Of a DNA stretch of 64,000 nucleotides, positions 1 to 11,100 are shown one piece after another. The stretch spans positions 1,487,356-1,551,355 of the forward strand of contig CBDCXF010000001.1 of NCBI GenBank assembly GCA_965223755.1. Direction: 5' to 3'. The notes under the pieces are model-generated. The model did not search any database, had not been told where the DNA came from, and saw only the letters and a program-made list of their open reading frames with translations. The stretch's first letter is position 1; each line of letters opens with the position of its first letter. This DNA comes from Candidatus Multivoradales bacterium. Its GTDB lineage: Bacteria; Acidobacteriota; Thermoanaerobaculia; Multivoradales; JAHEKO01. The translations under genes were made by a program, and so were the position numbers.

Positions 1-2
1 CG

Positions 3-3000
3 ATCGCCGCCGGCATCGACCCCAACTTCGTTGAACTGGATCGAGAACAAGCGGATGTGCTGCACGAACAGGTTTTTCGCCGATGGATCCAAGAGCAACT
101 CGGCGATCCGTCACCGGCGTTGCAGCGGACTCTCGCTCGACTCGCGCACGCGCCGGCCTGGCTCTCGGAGCCGCCTTTAGAGCGATTGCGCAGGGCCGCT
201 CTCATGCTGCTCGACTGGAGGGATTTCGACGCCCCTTGGCAACGGCCGGAGATCGACCTAGCTGTCGAAATCGATCGACTCACCGACCGGACTCTGGAAA
301 TCGCGGCGATGTCGGAAGGCGGAGGGCAATCCGACCCCCTGTTTCGCTCCTTGGCTCCGGTCCGCGACCTCGCCGACTGGGTGTTGAGGACGGAAAGCGA
401 AGGTGCCCGAATCTATCCAGAACTGGAAGCGCGCCTTGGAGCTGTTCAAAGAGAACTGTCGGGCAATCGCTGGAAGGGCCGCGGCGATCACTACACCCAT
501 GAGGTTCTGCGTGGCGACATGCTCGCCGCCAAGCACTCGCTGACTGTCGAGTTGGACGAGTTCGCGCAGCGCTCCGACGCCGACCTTGCAGCGGCTCTTC
601 ACTCCGAACTGGCGCCGCTGATGGACGCCTACGACCACGCCAAAAGGCAACTTGGCGGGCTCGATTTCGCTGACTTGCTGCTGCAGACCCGCGATCTGCT
701 GACTCGCGACCAAGATGTACGCGCCCATCTTCAGCGCCAATACAAGTACATCTTCGTCGACGAGTTCCAGGACACCGACCCGATTCAGGCCGCCATCCTC
801 CTCCTGCTCACCGCCGACGACGCCAGCGTTCGCGACTGGCGGCAGGTAACCCCGGAGGCCGGCAAACTGTTCTTGGTTGGCGACCCCAAACAGTCCATTT
901 ATCGATTTCGTCGCGCCGATGTCCGCTTCTACCAGCAGATTCAGGATTACTTGCTGGCGCGCGGAGTCGAGAGGCTCTACCTCTCCCGCAGCTTCCGTTC
1001 GCTCCAGTCACTACAGCAAACAGTCAACGCAGCATTCGCGACCGCCATGCACGAAGATCATGAGGCAGGGCAGGCGCAATATGTCCCACTCCTCCCGGTG
1101 CGCGATCGAGATGGCGACGCCGACCGCGGATCGGCCGCCCAACCTTCGGTAATCGCTCTGCCCGTGCCGCGCCCTTACGGGCGCTATTCGCTCGCCAAAA
1201 GCGCCGTCGAAGCTTCCCTCCCGGATACGACTGCCGCCTTCATTCAATGGTTGGTGGAGGAATCCGGCTGGACCATCGAAGACCCCGCCAGCGGCAAGTC
1301 CGTCGCGATTCGACCTCGGCATATCTGTCTGCTCTTTCGTCGATTTGTCGGCTGGAAAACCGATATCACCAACGGCTATGTACGCGCCCTCGAGTCACGC
1401 GGCCTCCCCCACATGCTCGTCGGCGGGCGTTCTCTGCATCACCGCGAGGAAATCGAAACGCTGCGCACGGCGTTGATGGCTATCGAGTGGCCGAGCGACG
1501 AACTCTCGGTCTACGCGACGCTCAAGGGATCTTTGTTCGCTCTGCCGGATGAACAGCTCTTTCTCTACCGTGAGCATGGGGGCAAGCTCGACCCGCTGGC
1601 CGCCCGCATTGACGACGCCCGCTTTGCCGATGTCGCGTCCGCACTCGACGTCTTGGCCGCGGCCCATCGGCAGCGCAACAGGATTCGAATCGCCACCACC
1701 ATCGGCAACCTGCTACGCGAGACGCGCGCCCATGCGGGGTTTGTCCTCCGTCCCGCCGGGCGCCAGGTGCTGGCCAACATCAACCACCTAGTCGGCGTAG
1801 CGCGCGCCTGGGAACGGCGGGACGGCAGTTCCTTTCGCGGTTTCGTCGAATACCTGGTGCGTGAATCAGAGAGCTTTTCCACCCGTCAGCCGGCAATCAT
1901 CGAAGAAACCGATGAAGGGGTCCGCGTCATGACCCTACACAGCGCCAAAGGCCTTGAGTTTCCGGTCGTGATCCTCGCTGACCCCACCACCAACGCCACC
2001 AAAGCACCATCCCTGGCGGTCGACGCGGAGATGGGGCTGTGCGCCCAAAGAATTCTTGGCCTTGCCCCTCACGATCTCCTCGAAAGGCAAGAGGTCGAAC
2101 ACACGCGAGATCGGGCTGAGGCGGTGCGCGTCGCCTATGTTGCCGCCACTCGAGCCCGCGACTTGTTGGTGGTACCGGCGGTCGGCGACCTCGACCGCAA
2201 TGGGAACTTCTTTCCCAGCCAAGGTTGGCTAGCTCCTCTTTACTCTGCCGTCTATCCGAAGCGCGAGCGCTTCCATCTTCCCGTGGTGGCCGACAAGTGC
2301 CCTCGCTTTGGCTCGTCGAGTGTCTTGGAGCGCCCAGTCGACATGGATGGCCGTGACGATCATTCGGTACGCCCGGGGCTGCACAAACCACAGATCGGCA
2401 ACCACCAAGTCGTGTGGTGGGATCCGGCGGCACTCAACCTCGACGCTCCCAGCAACTTCGGCCTGGTACACAAGAATCTTCTCGCCGAGCCGCAGGACGG
2501 CGATGGCGGCCGGAAAGAGTACGAAGCGTGGAGGCAGCGCCGAAGATCCTGGATCGAGTCGGGCAGCCGACCCTCCCGCACCGTTATTCCCGTATCGGAG
2601 GTCGATCGTTTGCCGGTTCTCCCTCAAGAGGCGCTCGTGACTCCCGAGGTCCAGCACGCCCGGCAACCCGGAGAGCGGCCGCAAGGACGACGCTTCGGAA
2701 CCTTGACCCACTCGATCTTGAGCCAGGTCAGCCTGGACGGTGAGCCGCGCCGTCTCGAAGCCGCCGCTGATTTCTACCGGCGAATCCACCAGGCCACGGT
2801 TGGCGAAGCTGCGGCGGCCATGGTCGCAGTTGAGGCCGCTCTCGCCCACCCCCTGCTCGAAGAGGCATCAAAAGCGGAGCGTCTCGAGCGCGAGTACCCC
2901 TTCCTGCACCGCCTCCCAAGTGGCGAAATCCTTGACGGCGTCATCGATCTGTTCTTCGTCGCTCGGGGAACGGTCACTTTGATCGACTTCAAGACCGACC

Positions 3001-3113
3001 TTCTGCCGGGGAATCCGATCCCGGAGCGCTATGGCCTGCAGATGTCGTGGTATTCAGAAGTGCTTCGAGCCGCCACCGACCTGCCGGTCAAGTGCGTCTT
3101 GATGGCCATTTAG
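3..3113 (+). CDS. addA: AddA-like UvrD helicase with C-terminal PD-(D/E)XK nuclease, 5'-truncated by the window
   Basis: Frame is open from base 3 (IAAGIDPNFVELD). SF1 motifs YIFVDEFQDTD, VGDPKQSIYRFR, MTLHSAKGLEF, YVAATRARD. C-terminal GVIDLFF...LIDFKTD nuclease motif. Confidence 0.85.
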   Translation: MAAGIDPNFVELDREQADVLHEQVFRRWIQEQLGDPSPALQRTLARLAHAPAWLSEPPLERLRRAALMLLDWRDFDAPWQRPEIDLAVEIDRLTDRTLEIAAMSEGGGQSDPLFRSLAPVRDLADWVLRTESEGARIYPELEARLGAVQRELSGNRWKGRGDHYTHEVLRGDMLAAKHSLTVELDEFAQRSDADLAAALHSELAPLMDAYDHAKRQLGGLDFADLLLQTRDLLTRDQDVRAHLQRQYKYIFVDEFQDTDPIQAAILLLLTADDASVRDWRQVTPEAGKLFLVGDPKQSIYRFRRADVRFYQQIQDYLLARGVERLYLSRSFRSLQSLQQTVNAAFATAMHEDHEAGQAQYVPLLPVRDRDGDADRGSAAQPSVIALPVPRPYGRYSLAKSAVEASLPDTTAAFIQWLVEESGWTIEDPASGKSVAIRPRHICLLFRRFVGWKTDITNGYVRALESRGLPHMLVGGRSLHHREEIETLRTALMAIEWPSDELSVYATLKGSLFALPDEQLFLYREHGGKLDPLAARIDDARFADVASALDVLAAAHRQRNRIRIATTIGNLLRETRAHAGFVLRPAGRQVLANINHLVGVARAWERRDGSSFRGFVEYLVRESESFSTRQPAIIEETDEGVRVMTLHSAKGLEFPVVILADPTTNATKAPSLAVDAEMGLCAQRILGLAPHDLLERQEVEHTRDRAEAVRVAYVAATRARDLLVVPAVGDLDRNGNFFPSQGWLAPLYSAVYPKRERFHLPVVADKCPRFGSSSVLERPVDMDGRDDHSVRPGLHKPQIGNHQVVWWDPAALNLDAPSNFGLVHKNLLAEPQDGDGGRKEYEAWRQRRRSWIESGSRPSRTVIPVSEVDRLPVLPQEALVTPEVQHARQPGERPQGRRFGTLTHSILSQVSLDGEPRRLEAAADFYRRIHQATVGEAAAAMVAVEAALAHPLLEEASKAERLEREYPFLHRLPSGEILDGVIDLFFVARGTVTLIDFKTDLLPGNPIPERYGLQMSWYSEVLRAATDLPVKCVLMAI

Positions 3114-3224
3114 CTTCATTTCTAGTTTCGAATGTGCCAAAGATGCGCGATACACCTCTGCAAAAGAGCAGGCATTCGCTGTGTTAGCTTCCTGAGCGGC
3201 GAAATCGCAGAGAGGAGAAATTCG

Positions 3225-4160
3225 ATGACCCAACTGAACTTTTTCCGCCAGTGTGCGGCGTACTTTCTGGTCCTGACCCTGTTTGCTGCACTTACCTCCG
3301 CCCAGCAACAAGCAGAGCAACCGGCTGTCACGTCCCAGGCGATCACCGACAACCTCTACATGATCACCGGACAAGGTGGAAATCTCGGACTCCTCGTCGG
3401 CGATGACGCAGTGGTTCTTGTCGACGACCAGATGGCCCCGGTTTACGGCGCAATCTTGGATGAGATCCATGCCTTAGTAGGTGCCGAAGCTACCGATCGG
3501 ATTTTCCTCATCAATACCCACTTTCACGCCGACCACACTGGTGGCAATGAGCTGTTCGGCCAATCCGGATCCATCATCATCGCCCACGAAAACGTCCGCG
3601 AACGGCTCACTGTCGAACAGGTTGTGCCGTTTTTCAACATGCGCAACCCGGCTCTGCAACCGCAGGGGCTGCCAGTGGTCACGTTTTCGACCGACGTGGG
3701 TCTGCATCTCAACGGTGAAGACATTGACGTCTTCTACGTAGATCCCGCCCACACCGATGGCGATGCCGTCGTCCACTTCAAGAACGCCAACGTCATTCAT
3801 GCCGGAGACCTAGTTTTCTATGGTACCTATCCGTTCATCGACCTTGATAACGGCGGCACGGTCGACGGTTACGTAGACGCCAACCGCCGCGTCCTTGAGA
3901 TGTGCGGAGAGGGAACCAAAATCATCTCGGGCCACGGACCGCTGCTGGACTGCGAACAGATGGGCGCGTACGTCGAGATGCTGAGCACCACCCGCGACGC
4001 CGTCGCGGCGCTCATCGCCGAAGACAAATCGTTCGAAGAAGTCGTTGACGCCAAACCGACGGCCGCATTCGACGAGGCGTGGAGCACCTTCATCACCGCC
4101 GAGCGTTACCTCAGCTTGCTCTATCGAGGCCTGAGCCAGAGTTCGGATTCCGAAAACTGA
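3225..4160 (+). CDS. Secreted metallo-beta-lactamase-fold hydrolase (cyclase-like)
   Basis: RBS AGAGGAG before ATG 3225; signal peptide; THFHADHTGGN, AHTDGD, GDL and SGHG motifs. Confidence 0.85.
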   Translation: MTQLNFFRQCAAYFLVLTLFAALTSAQQQAEQPAVTSQAITDNLYMITGQGGNLGLLVGDDAVVLVDDQMAPVYGAILDEIHALVGAEATDRIFLINTHFHADHTGGNELFGQSGSIIIAHENVRERLTVEQVVPFFNMRNPALQPQGLPVVTFSTDVGLHLNGEDIDVFYVDPAHTDGDAVVHFKNANVIHAGDLVFYGTYPFIDLDNGGTVDGYVDANRRVLEMCGEGTKIISGHGPLLDCEQMGAYVEMLSTTRDAVAALIAEDKSFEEVVDAKPTAAFDEAWSTFITAERYLSLLYRGLSQSSDSEN

Positions 4161-4253
4161 GATTCCCAGCCTAGATATTGAGATCCCCAGATTTGAGATC
4201 CCCAAATTTGACATCCATAGATATCAGATCCATAGATATCAGATCGCTAGCCT
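4158..4253. repeat. Degenerate 15-bp (7+8) intergenic tandem repeat
   Basis: TGAGATCCCCAGATT, TGAGATCCCCAAATT, TGACATCCATAGATA, TCAGATCCATAGATA, TCAGATCGCTAGCCT at 4179-4253, preceded by a related unit at 4158. Confidence 0.85.
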
Positions 4254-4273
4254 AGGTCGTAACGGCGTTCACG

Positions 4274-5104
4274 ATGACCCTGGCGGATTCCCAAATCGCC
4301 GATCTTGAGCGGTTGGAACGGGCGATGTACGCCGATTTCTACGCCGCGGCATCACCGCAGGTCGCAGGGCAACTCGCCCTCGAAGCCATCGACCTCCCGT
4401 TTGGGTTGCGACTGGCGAGCCCACGCGAGAACCATCCCTTCTTCAACCGGGTCATGTTGAGGAGGCCCCTATCCGCTGATGAGGCGGTCGAAATCGAGAG
4501 GCACTTCCACCGACTGCAGATCACCCGCTGGATGGTGCAGACTCCACCTGCAGCGAAGAACATCGATTTCAGCCGCTGCCGCAGCCCGATCGTGGCCCTA
4601 CGTGGCTGGGCCAAGCATGTTCTAGATCGGACTCTTTGGTCGGCTGTGGAGTCGACTGCGCCTCCCGAAGACCTCACCGTACGGAAGGTCCAGCAGAATG
4701 AAGCTGCAGTTTGGGCCGAGATCGTGACCCAGGCTTTTGACTTCCCCGCACCCTGCGTACCCTGGCTCGCGGCGCTTGCCGCACGTCCTCAGTGGAAGCT
4801 GTACCTGGCCATCGTAGCCGACCAGCCAGCGGCCACCGGAGCTCTTTATCTCAACCGCCGTCGTGCCGCGCTCAACTTCGGCGCCACCTTGCCGGAGTTC
4901 CGACGACGCGGGGCTCAGTCGGCCCTCATCCGCCACCGCATCGAAGACGCTCTGGGGATGGGAGTCGAGCAAGTGGTGTCGGAGACCGACGAAGAGTTGC
5001 CGGAGCGACCCAACCCCAGCACGCGGAATCTGATTCGACATGGCCTACCGGTCGTCTACGTGCGACCCAACTGGGGGCCACAACTACCCCTTCCACCAGC
5101 CTGA
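4274..5104 (+). CDS. GNAT family N-acetyltransferase
   Basis: Acetyl-CoA binding motif ATLPEFRRRGAQSALI; C-terminal NPSTRNL. Confidence 0.8.
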   Translation: MTLADSQIADLERLERAMYADFYAAASPQVAGQLALEAIDLPFGLRLASPRENHPFFNRVMLRRPLSADEAVEIERHFHRLQITRWMVQTPPAAKNIDFSRCRSPIVALRGWAKHVLDRTLWSAVESTAPPEDLTVRKVQQNEAAVWAEIVTQAFDFPAPCVPWLAALAARPQWKLYLAIVADQPAATGALYLNRRRAALNFGATLPEFRRRGAQSALIRHRIEDALGMGVEQVVSETDEELPERPNPSTRNLIRHGLPVVYVRPNWGPQLPLPPA

Positions 5105-5151
5105 TTCCCCTTTTGCGAAGTGCTGAAACTTTTTTGAAGCAGTCTTCGTAG

Positions 5152-5175
5152 AAAACAGAATACTGATTCTGTTTT
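5152..5175. promoter_or_regulatory. Probable TetR operator, perfect 10-bp inverted repeat
   Basis: AAAACAGAAT-ACTG-ATTCTGTTTT ends 11 nt before the tetR ATG at 5187. Confidence 0.7.
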
Positions 5176-5186
5176 AATTGGAACTC

Positions 5187-5921
5187 ATGCCCATCGCGAC
5201 CGACTTACAACTTCCGCAGCAACAACGGAGTGCTGAGAACCTCGACCGCATGCTGCGGGCGGCGGAAGATCTCCTCAACGAAGGAACCTTTGATGACGCC
5301 ACCGTGCAGCAGATCGTGGACCGGGCCGGCACCTCGGTCGGAGCGTTCTATTCCAGGTTTAGAAACAAAGATGCTCTTTTCCGTACCCTGCAGTTGCGCT
5401 CGCTCGAAGGAACTCTCGAGTTCTTTTACGGCATCCTGCACAACCTGAACTGGCGGAACGTGTGTGCTGAGGACTTCGTGCGCGCAGTGGTCACCGGTAC
5501 CGCCGCGCACTATCGCGAGCACCAAGGCGTTCTGCGCACGCTTTCCCTGCAGGCCAGGCTAGGCAACTCGCAATGGATATCTGAGGCATCCGAACGCATC
5601 AACACCGAGATCTATCGCCTCATTGTCGACTCGCTGATGTGCTGGCGAGATGCGATCGACGCCAAAGATCCTGAAGGATCGATCCGGCTGGCTACGACCA
5701 TCGTCTCATCTACGCTACGCGAGGTTCTCATCTACGCGCGGCCCAGGCTGGCACCGGTCGACGTCAGCCACACCGCATTGATCGGGCAACTGGTCGAGAC
5801 CTATTTGCTCTGCCTCGGTGTCGACGGTGCCGCCCAACCAGACCCCGATGCGGCCAAGAAATTGGCCAAGCGAATCGCAACAAAACAAGGTACCACCTCA
5901 AATGAAGGAGACCCGTCATGA
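5187..5921 (+). CDS. TetR/AcrR family transcriptional regulator
   Basis: N-terminal HTH TVQQIVDRAGTSVGAFYSRFRNKDAL; ATGA overlap with the next gene. Confidence 0.9.
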   Translation: MPIATDLQLPQQQRSAENLDRMLRAAEDLLNEGTFDDATVQQIVDRAGTSVGAFYSRFRNKDALFRTLQLRSLEGTLEFFYGILHNLNWRNVCAEDFVRAVVTGTAAHYREHQGVLRTLSLQARLGNSQWISEASERINTEIYRLIVDSLMCWRDAIDAKDPEGSIRLATTIVSSTLREVLIYARPRLAPVDVSHTALIGQLVETYLLCLGVDGAAQPDPDAAKKLAKRIATKQGTTSNEGDPS

Positions 5922-7375
5922 AGTGCATCCGCAAAACCATCGAGTCCCTAGGAGCAATATCGCTGCTGCTCGCGATGAGTCCGTTTGTCGGCGCCGGAGA
6001 GGCCCCGGCGTCAGCCACCGGCCAGCTCGACCTCCAAGATTGTTCTCCGCCCGGCGTCGTCGGTTCGGCACAGTGCGCCACCCTCACCGTTCCCGAGAAC
6101 CGCGATCTCTCCGACGGTCGTCAAATCGCCCTCAACATCCTTGTCTTACCGGCGGTCGAGGAACCGCGTGTGGCGGACCCGATGGTCTTTCTGCACGGTG
6201 GACCGGGGGGAGCGGCCACCGATCTCGCCGTACCTTTCTCCAACTTTCGCGGCTGGAAGAATCGCGATCTCGTCTTCGTCGACCAACGGGGCACCGGCCG
6301 TTCCAATCCGCTGCGTTGCGACCCGGAAACCTTTGCCGACACCATGCGCCTGGTACTCACATTCGAGTTCCAGGGACTTGAGAAATGCGCCGCGAACCTG
6401 GATGCCGACCTGACCCAGTACACGACAACCATCGCCGTCGAAGATTTGGAAGCGGTGCGCACGGCACTCGGCGCCGAGCAGTTCAATCTTTGGGGTGGCT
6501 CCTACGGGACCCGTGTCGCGCTCGAGTACGCGCGCCGCCATCCTCGAAGCATACGAAGCATGATCTTGCGCGGTGTCGGTGGAACCACCCTCAATGTCCC
6601 GCTCCACTTCGCACGCTCGAGTCAAATCGCTCTCGACGAAGTGCTGGACGACTGCCGTCATAACGAGGCTTGCTCTCGCACTTTCCCCGATTTGAATGAC
6701 AAGTACCAGGCTACTCTCGCCCGCCTGGCTTCGGAACCGCAGGCTGTGTCAATCACCCATCCAGCGACGCAGACCGTTGAGGAAGTCGAGGTCGGCCGCC
6801 AGATGCTCGCGGGCATCGTCCACTATCTGCTCTACGCTCGCCAATCTGCGAACACCATCCCTCTGGTCATCGAGCAAGCATCGCAAAACGAGTTTTCGAC
6901 CGCCTTGCAGATAGCCACGCAGCTCGTTACTCAACTGGCGCGCCTGGATTTCGGCATGACCCTGTCCGTGGTCTGCGCCGAGGACGCGCCCTTCTTTGAC
7001 CTTCGAGACGCGCGCCTCCTCGCCGAAAACACCTCCGTCGGTGACGCTTTCGCCATCAATACCATCGAGGCCTGCTCAAAATGGCCGAGAGGCGTGATCC
7101 CAAACGACTACCGCCAGCCGGTGCGCTCGGACGTCCCGACAATGCTGATCTCCGGTTCGGCAGATCCGGTGACCCCGTACTATCTCGCCATGGAAGCTAC
7201 CGAGAACCTCAGCAATAGCCTCCACTTGGTGCTCAACGACGAGGGCCACTCCGGCATCGCTCCCGGCTGCGTGCAGGGCCTGATGGAAGAATTTGTCGCC
7301 ACAGGCTCCGTCTCCGGTCTTGACGCCGATTGCGGAAGCGACTTCGAACGAGGCGCTTTTCAAGGCGCTCAGTAA
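5918..7375 (+). CDS. Secreted alpha/beta hydrolase (TAP-like/S33 peptidase family)
   Basis: Signal peptide; HGGPGG, DQRGTGRS, GGSYG nucleophile, DPVTP, EGH. Confidence 0.85.
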   Translation: MKCIRKTIESLGAISLLLAMSPFVGAGEAPASATGQLDLQDCSPPGVVGSAQCATLTVPENRDLSDGRQIALNILVLPAVEEPRVADPMVFLHGGPGGAATDLAVPFSNFRGWKNRDLVFVDQRGTGRSNPLRCDPETFADTMRLVLTFEFQGLEKCAANLDADLTQYTTTIAVEDLEAVRTALGAEQFNLWGGSYGTRVALEYARRHPRSIRSMILRGVGGTTLNVPLHFARSSQIALDEVLDDCRHNEACSRTFPDLNDKYQATLARLASEPQAVSITHPATQTVEEVEVGRQMLAGIVHYLLYARQSANTIPLVIEQASQNEFSTALQIATQLVTQLARLDFGMTLSVVCAEDAPFFDLRDARLLAENTSVGDAFAINTIEACSKWPRGVIPNDYRQPVRSDVPTMLISGSADPVTPYYLAMEATENLSNSLHLVLNDEGHSGIAPGCVQGLMEEFVATGSVSGLDADCGSDFERGAFQGAQ

Positions 7376-7459
7376 AACCGTTTCCTTCGATTTCGAGATG
7401 CTGAGAACAGTGATCGGGTTAGCGATAAGGTAGCAGGGACGCGACTACGGAGGGCAACC

Positions 7460-8080
7460 ATGAAACTACAACGGAACCAATCTAGATTCGCTCAACCAGG
7501 AACCCCCCTCGGCACGTTGTTGTTTGCCGCGGCACTTTTGGTCGGATGTTTGGGCGCCGAAGCCCCGGTACCGGAGTCGGTGACTCCGCAAGTCGTCGTT
7601 GAGCAAAGCGTTCAGATCCCCGTCGACCCCGCCACTACGCCAGAACTACTGCCCAACGCAACAGCGCCGCTGCCGGGAGTCCTCAGCGGCGGCCAGCCGA
7701 GCATCGAGCAGGTTCGTGCGCTCGCTGCCAGCGGTTACACCACTATCATCAACACCCGTCTCCACGACGAGGACGATTTTTCCGCGGAGATCGCGGAAGC
7801 TGAAGCCCTGGGTATGACCTACGTACAGATTCCGGTCGGTGGCGCCGACGACCTGACCATGGAGCATGTTCAGATCCTTGCCGACGCCATGGATGCGAGC
7901 GCGGGCAACGTCGCCATTCATTGCCGTAGCGGTAATCGCGTCGGCGCTCTGCTCGCCCTCAAGGCCGCATGGATCGATCAAGCGCCGCCAGAGGAAGCGA
8001 TTGAGGTCGGCCTCAACGGCGGTTTAACCCGGCTCGAATTGACCGTGCGCGAATTGCTGGGTCTCGGCGTCGCAGGGTAG
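7460..8080 (+). CDS. DUF442/Blh-like PTP-fold lipoprotein (putative sulfurtransferase or phosphatase)
   Basis: Lipobox-like LLVGC; SGGQP, INTR, YVQIPV; P-loop HCRSGNR. Confidence 0.7.
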   Translation: MKLQRNQSRFAQPGTPLGTLLFAAALLVGCLGAEAPVPESVTPQVVVEQSVQIPVDPATTPELLPNATAPLPGVLSGGQPSIEQVRALAASGYTTIINTRLHDEDDFSAEIAEAEALGMTYVQIPVGGADDLTMEHVQILADAMDASAGNVAIHCRSGNRVGALLALKAAWIDQAPPEEAIEVGLNGGLTRLELTVRELLGLGVAG

Positions 8081-8189
8081 CCGCCGTCGGTCTGCAACCG
8101 ATCTTCACAAAATCCGCTGTGGGCTGCTGATACCCTCCGCCAGCCGAATTGTCCGTTTCTCTACCTGCCCTCAGAACAAGGAGTAACCG

Positions 8190-11100
8190 ATGGCCAACCT
8201 TCGACGTGTTGAAGTCGCTATTGTTCTTGCCACTGCCCTGCTTGTCAGCCCTTCCGTCGGACTGAGAGCCGATGACCAAGAAGCTTCCGAGGGTTACTGG
8301 CTAACACAAGAAACCCTCGCTGGCCTCGAACTTCGTGGAATCGGCCCGGCTTTGATGTCCGGACGCATCGCCGATATCGCCATAGACCCCACGGACCAAT
8401 CGACCTGGTACGTCGGCGTCGGTTCCGGCGGCGTCTGGAAGACCACAAACGCCGGAACCACCTGGGAATCCGTATTTGAAGGCCAGGGTTCATACTCGAT
8501 CGGCACAGTCGTCGTCGATCCGCACAATACGGCGACGATCTGGGTTGGCTCAGGCGAGAACGTCAACGGTCGTCACGTCGGCTATGGAGACGGGGTCTAC
8601 CGCAGCCGCGACGGCGGAAAGACTTGGGAGAATTTGGGACTCAACGACTCACAGCACATCGGCCGCATCATCGTGCACCCGGAAGATCCCAACACCATCT
8701 TTGTCGCCTCCCAAGGTCCACTGTGGTCACCGGGCGGCGAACGAGGGTTGTTCAAGTCCGCCGACGGGGGTGCGACCTGGAACAACATCTTGAGCGGCGG
8801 AGACTTCACCGGAGTCAACGATGTCGTCATGCATCCGGAGAACTCCGATGTCCTACTCGCCACCACGCACGAGCACCATCGCACCGTCGCCGCCCTGGTC
8901 AACGGTGGTCCTGAGTCTGGGATTCACAAATCGACCGACGGTGGAGCCACCTGGCGTGAGGTCACCGAAGGACTTCCCGAGACCGACATGGGCAGGATCG
9001 GCCTTGCCATTTCGCCCCAGCAACCGAATGTTGTCTACGCCACAGTCGAACTCCCCCACCGCAAGGGAGCGTTCCTGCGTACGGAAAATTTCGGTGAAAC
9101 CTGGGAACAGATGAGCGAGCAGATTGCCGGCGGAACCGGACCGCACTACTACCAGGAGCTTTGGGCCAGTCCGCACAAGATGGACCGCGTCTACTACTCC
9201 GACGTGCAGTTGCGCGTGACCGAAGACGGTGGCGCCAGCTTCCGCTCGATCAACCGGCCGTCCAAACATGTCGACAACCACGCCATGGCCTTCAATCCCA
9301 ATGACCCCGACTATCTGTTAGTGGGATGCGACGGCGGCATCTACGAGTCCTGGGACTTGGGTGAGACCTGGAAGTTCGTTTCCAACCTTCCCCTAACCCA
9401 GTTCTACAAGGTCGCGGTGGACTATGACGAGCCGTTCTACAACATCGTTGGTGGCACTCAGGACAACAACACTCAGTACGGCCCCTCGCGGACCGACAAC
9501 ATTCACGGCATCCGCAACTCCGACTGGTCGATCACTCTTTTTGGCGACGGCCACCAGCCCGCCATCGACCCGACTAATCCGGACATCATCTATTCCGAAT
9601 GGCAGGAAGGAAACCTTACCCGTTTCGATCGCCCCACCGGTGAGATCACCTACATTCGTCCCCAGCCGGAAAAAGGCGCCGCGCTCGAACGCTACAACTG
9701 GGATGCGCCGATCTTGATTTCGGCTCACGACCCAGCCCGCATCTACTACGCCAGCCAGCGGGTGTGGCGCAGCGACAACCACGGCGACAGTTGGACCGCG
9801 ATCTCCGGCGATCTGACCCGCAACCAGAACCGATTGGAACTGCCCATCGGTGGCCGCACGCGCAGCTTCGACGCGGTCTGGGATCTCTATGCGATGTCGA
9901 TGTACAACACCATCACATCGCTCGGCGAGTCGCCACTTGACGAGAACTTGCTCTACGCCGGCACCGACGATGGGTTGATCCAAGTCAGCGAAGACGGCGG
10001 CTCCAATTGGCGCGCAGTAGAAGCCGGCTCGCTACCTGGCTTGTCCGAGACTGCCTTCATCAACGACATCAAAGCCGACTTGCACGATGTCGACACCGTC
10101 TATGCTGTTTTTGACGACCACAAGAACGGCGACTTCGCACCCTACGTCTACAAATCCATCGATCGTGGAAGAAGCTGGCGCAGCATCGTCGGCGACCTGC
10201 CCGAGCGGCACCTGGTTTGGCGGCTGGTGCAAGATCATGTGAATGCCGATCTTCTGTTTCTCGGGACCGAGTTTGGCGTCTTCACCAGCGTTGATGGCGG
10301 CGATCATTGGGTCAAGCTCAGCGGCAGCGCACCCACCATTCCGTTCCGTGACCTAGCGATCCAAAAACGTGAAAACGATCTCGTGGCCGCCACCTTCGGG
10401 CGTGGCTTTTACGTCCTCGACGACTACTCGCCGCTACGCGGTCTCAGCGCCGATTCTCTCGATCAACCGGCGGCACTCTTTGCGGTCAAAGATGCCGACT
10501 GGTATATCCCTAAGAACACGCTCGACTTCGGCAACCCCAAAGCCTCGCAGGGCGACAGCTTCTTTGTCGCTCCCAACCCTCCCTTTGGCGCCGTGTTTAC
10601 CTACTACCTCAAGGACGACTACAAATCCGCCAAGGAGGTGCGGCTCGAGGCGGAGAAAGAGATCGAAGCCGGTGACGACGTCGCGTTCCCTGGCTGGGCA
10701 GCTCTCGACGAGGAAGCCCGTGAAACAGAGCCGGCTGCCGTACTTACGGTGCGCGATGCTAACGGATCGATCGTGCGTGTTGTCGAAGGCCCCGCGACCA
10801 AAGGTATTCACCGAGTCGCCTGGGATCTCCGCGAACCAAGTACAGCACCGTTGCCCGACCTATCGACCCTAGAGGACGCTCCCGGAGACCCGCACAGCGG
10901 TCTCCTCGCAGCGCCGGGGGGTTACACAGTACAACTGGGTATTCGAGCCAATGGTGAGATTAAGGATCTCGGACCGACGCAAAGCTTCAACGTCGTGCCC
11001 CTGCGCACCAACAGCTTGAGTTCGGCGACGCCGGACCAGGTGGTGGCATTCCAACGCCGAGTCGCGGACCTTTACGGCCGTTTGCAAGGCGCCGTCGCTG

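Noticed and set aside
4158-4253. CRISPR array or coding repeat (antisense ORF 3810-4214 beginning MSNLGISNLGIS)
   Set aside because: Units are 15 bp and abut with no unique spacers, and no cas genes are present. The ORF is mostly the antisense shadow of the MBL gene.
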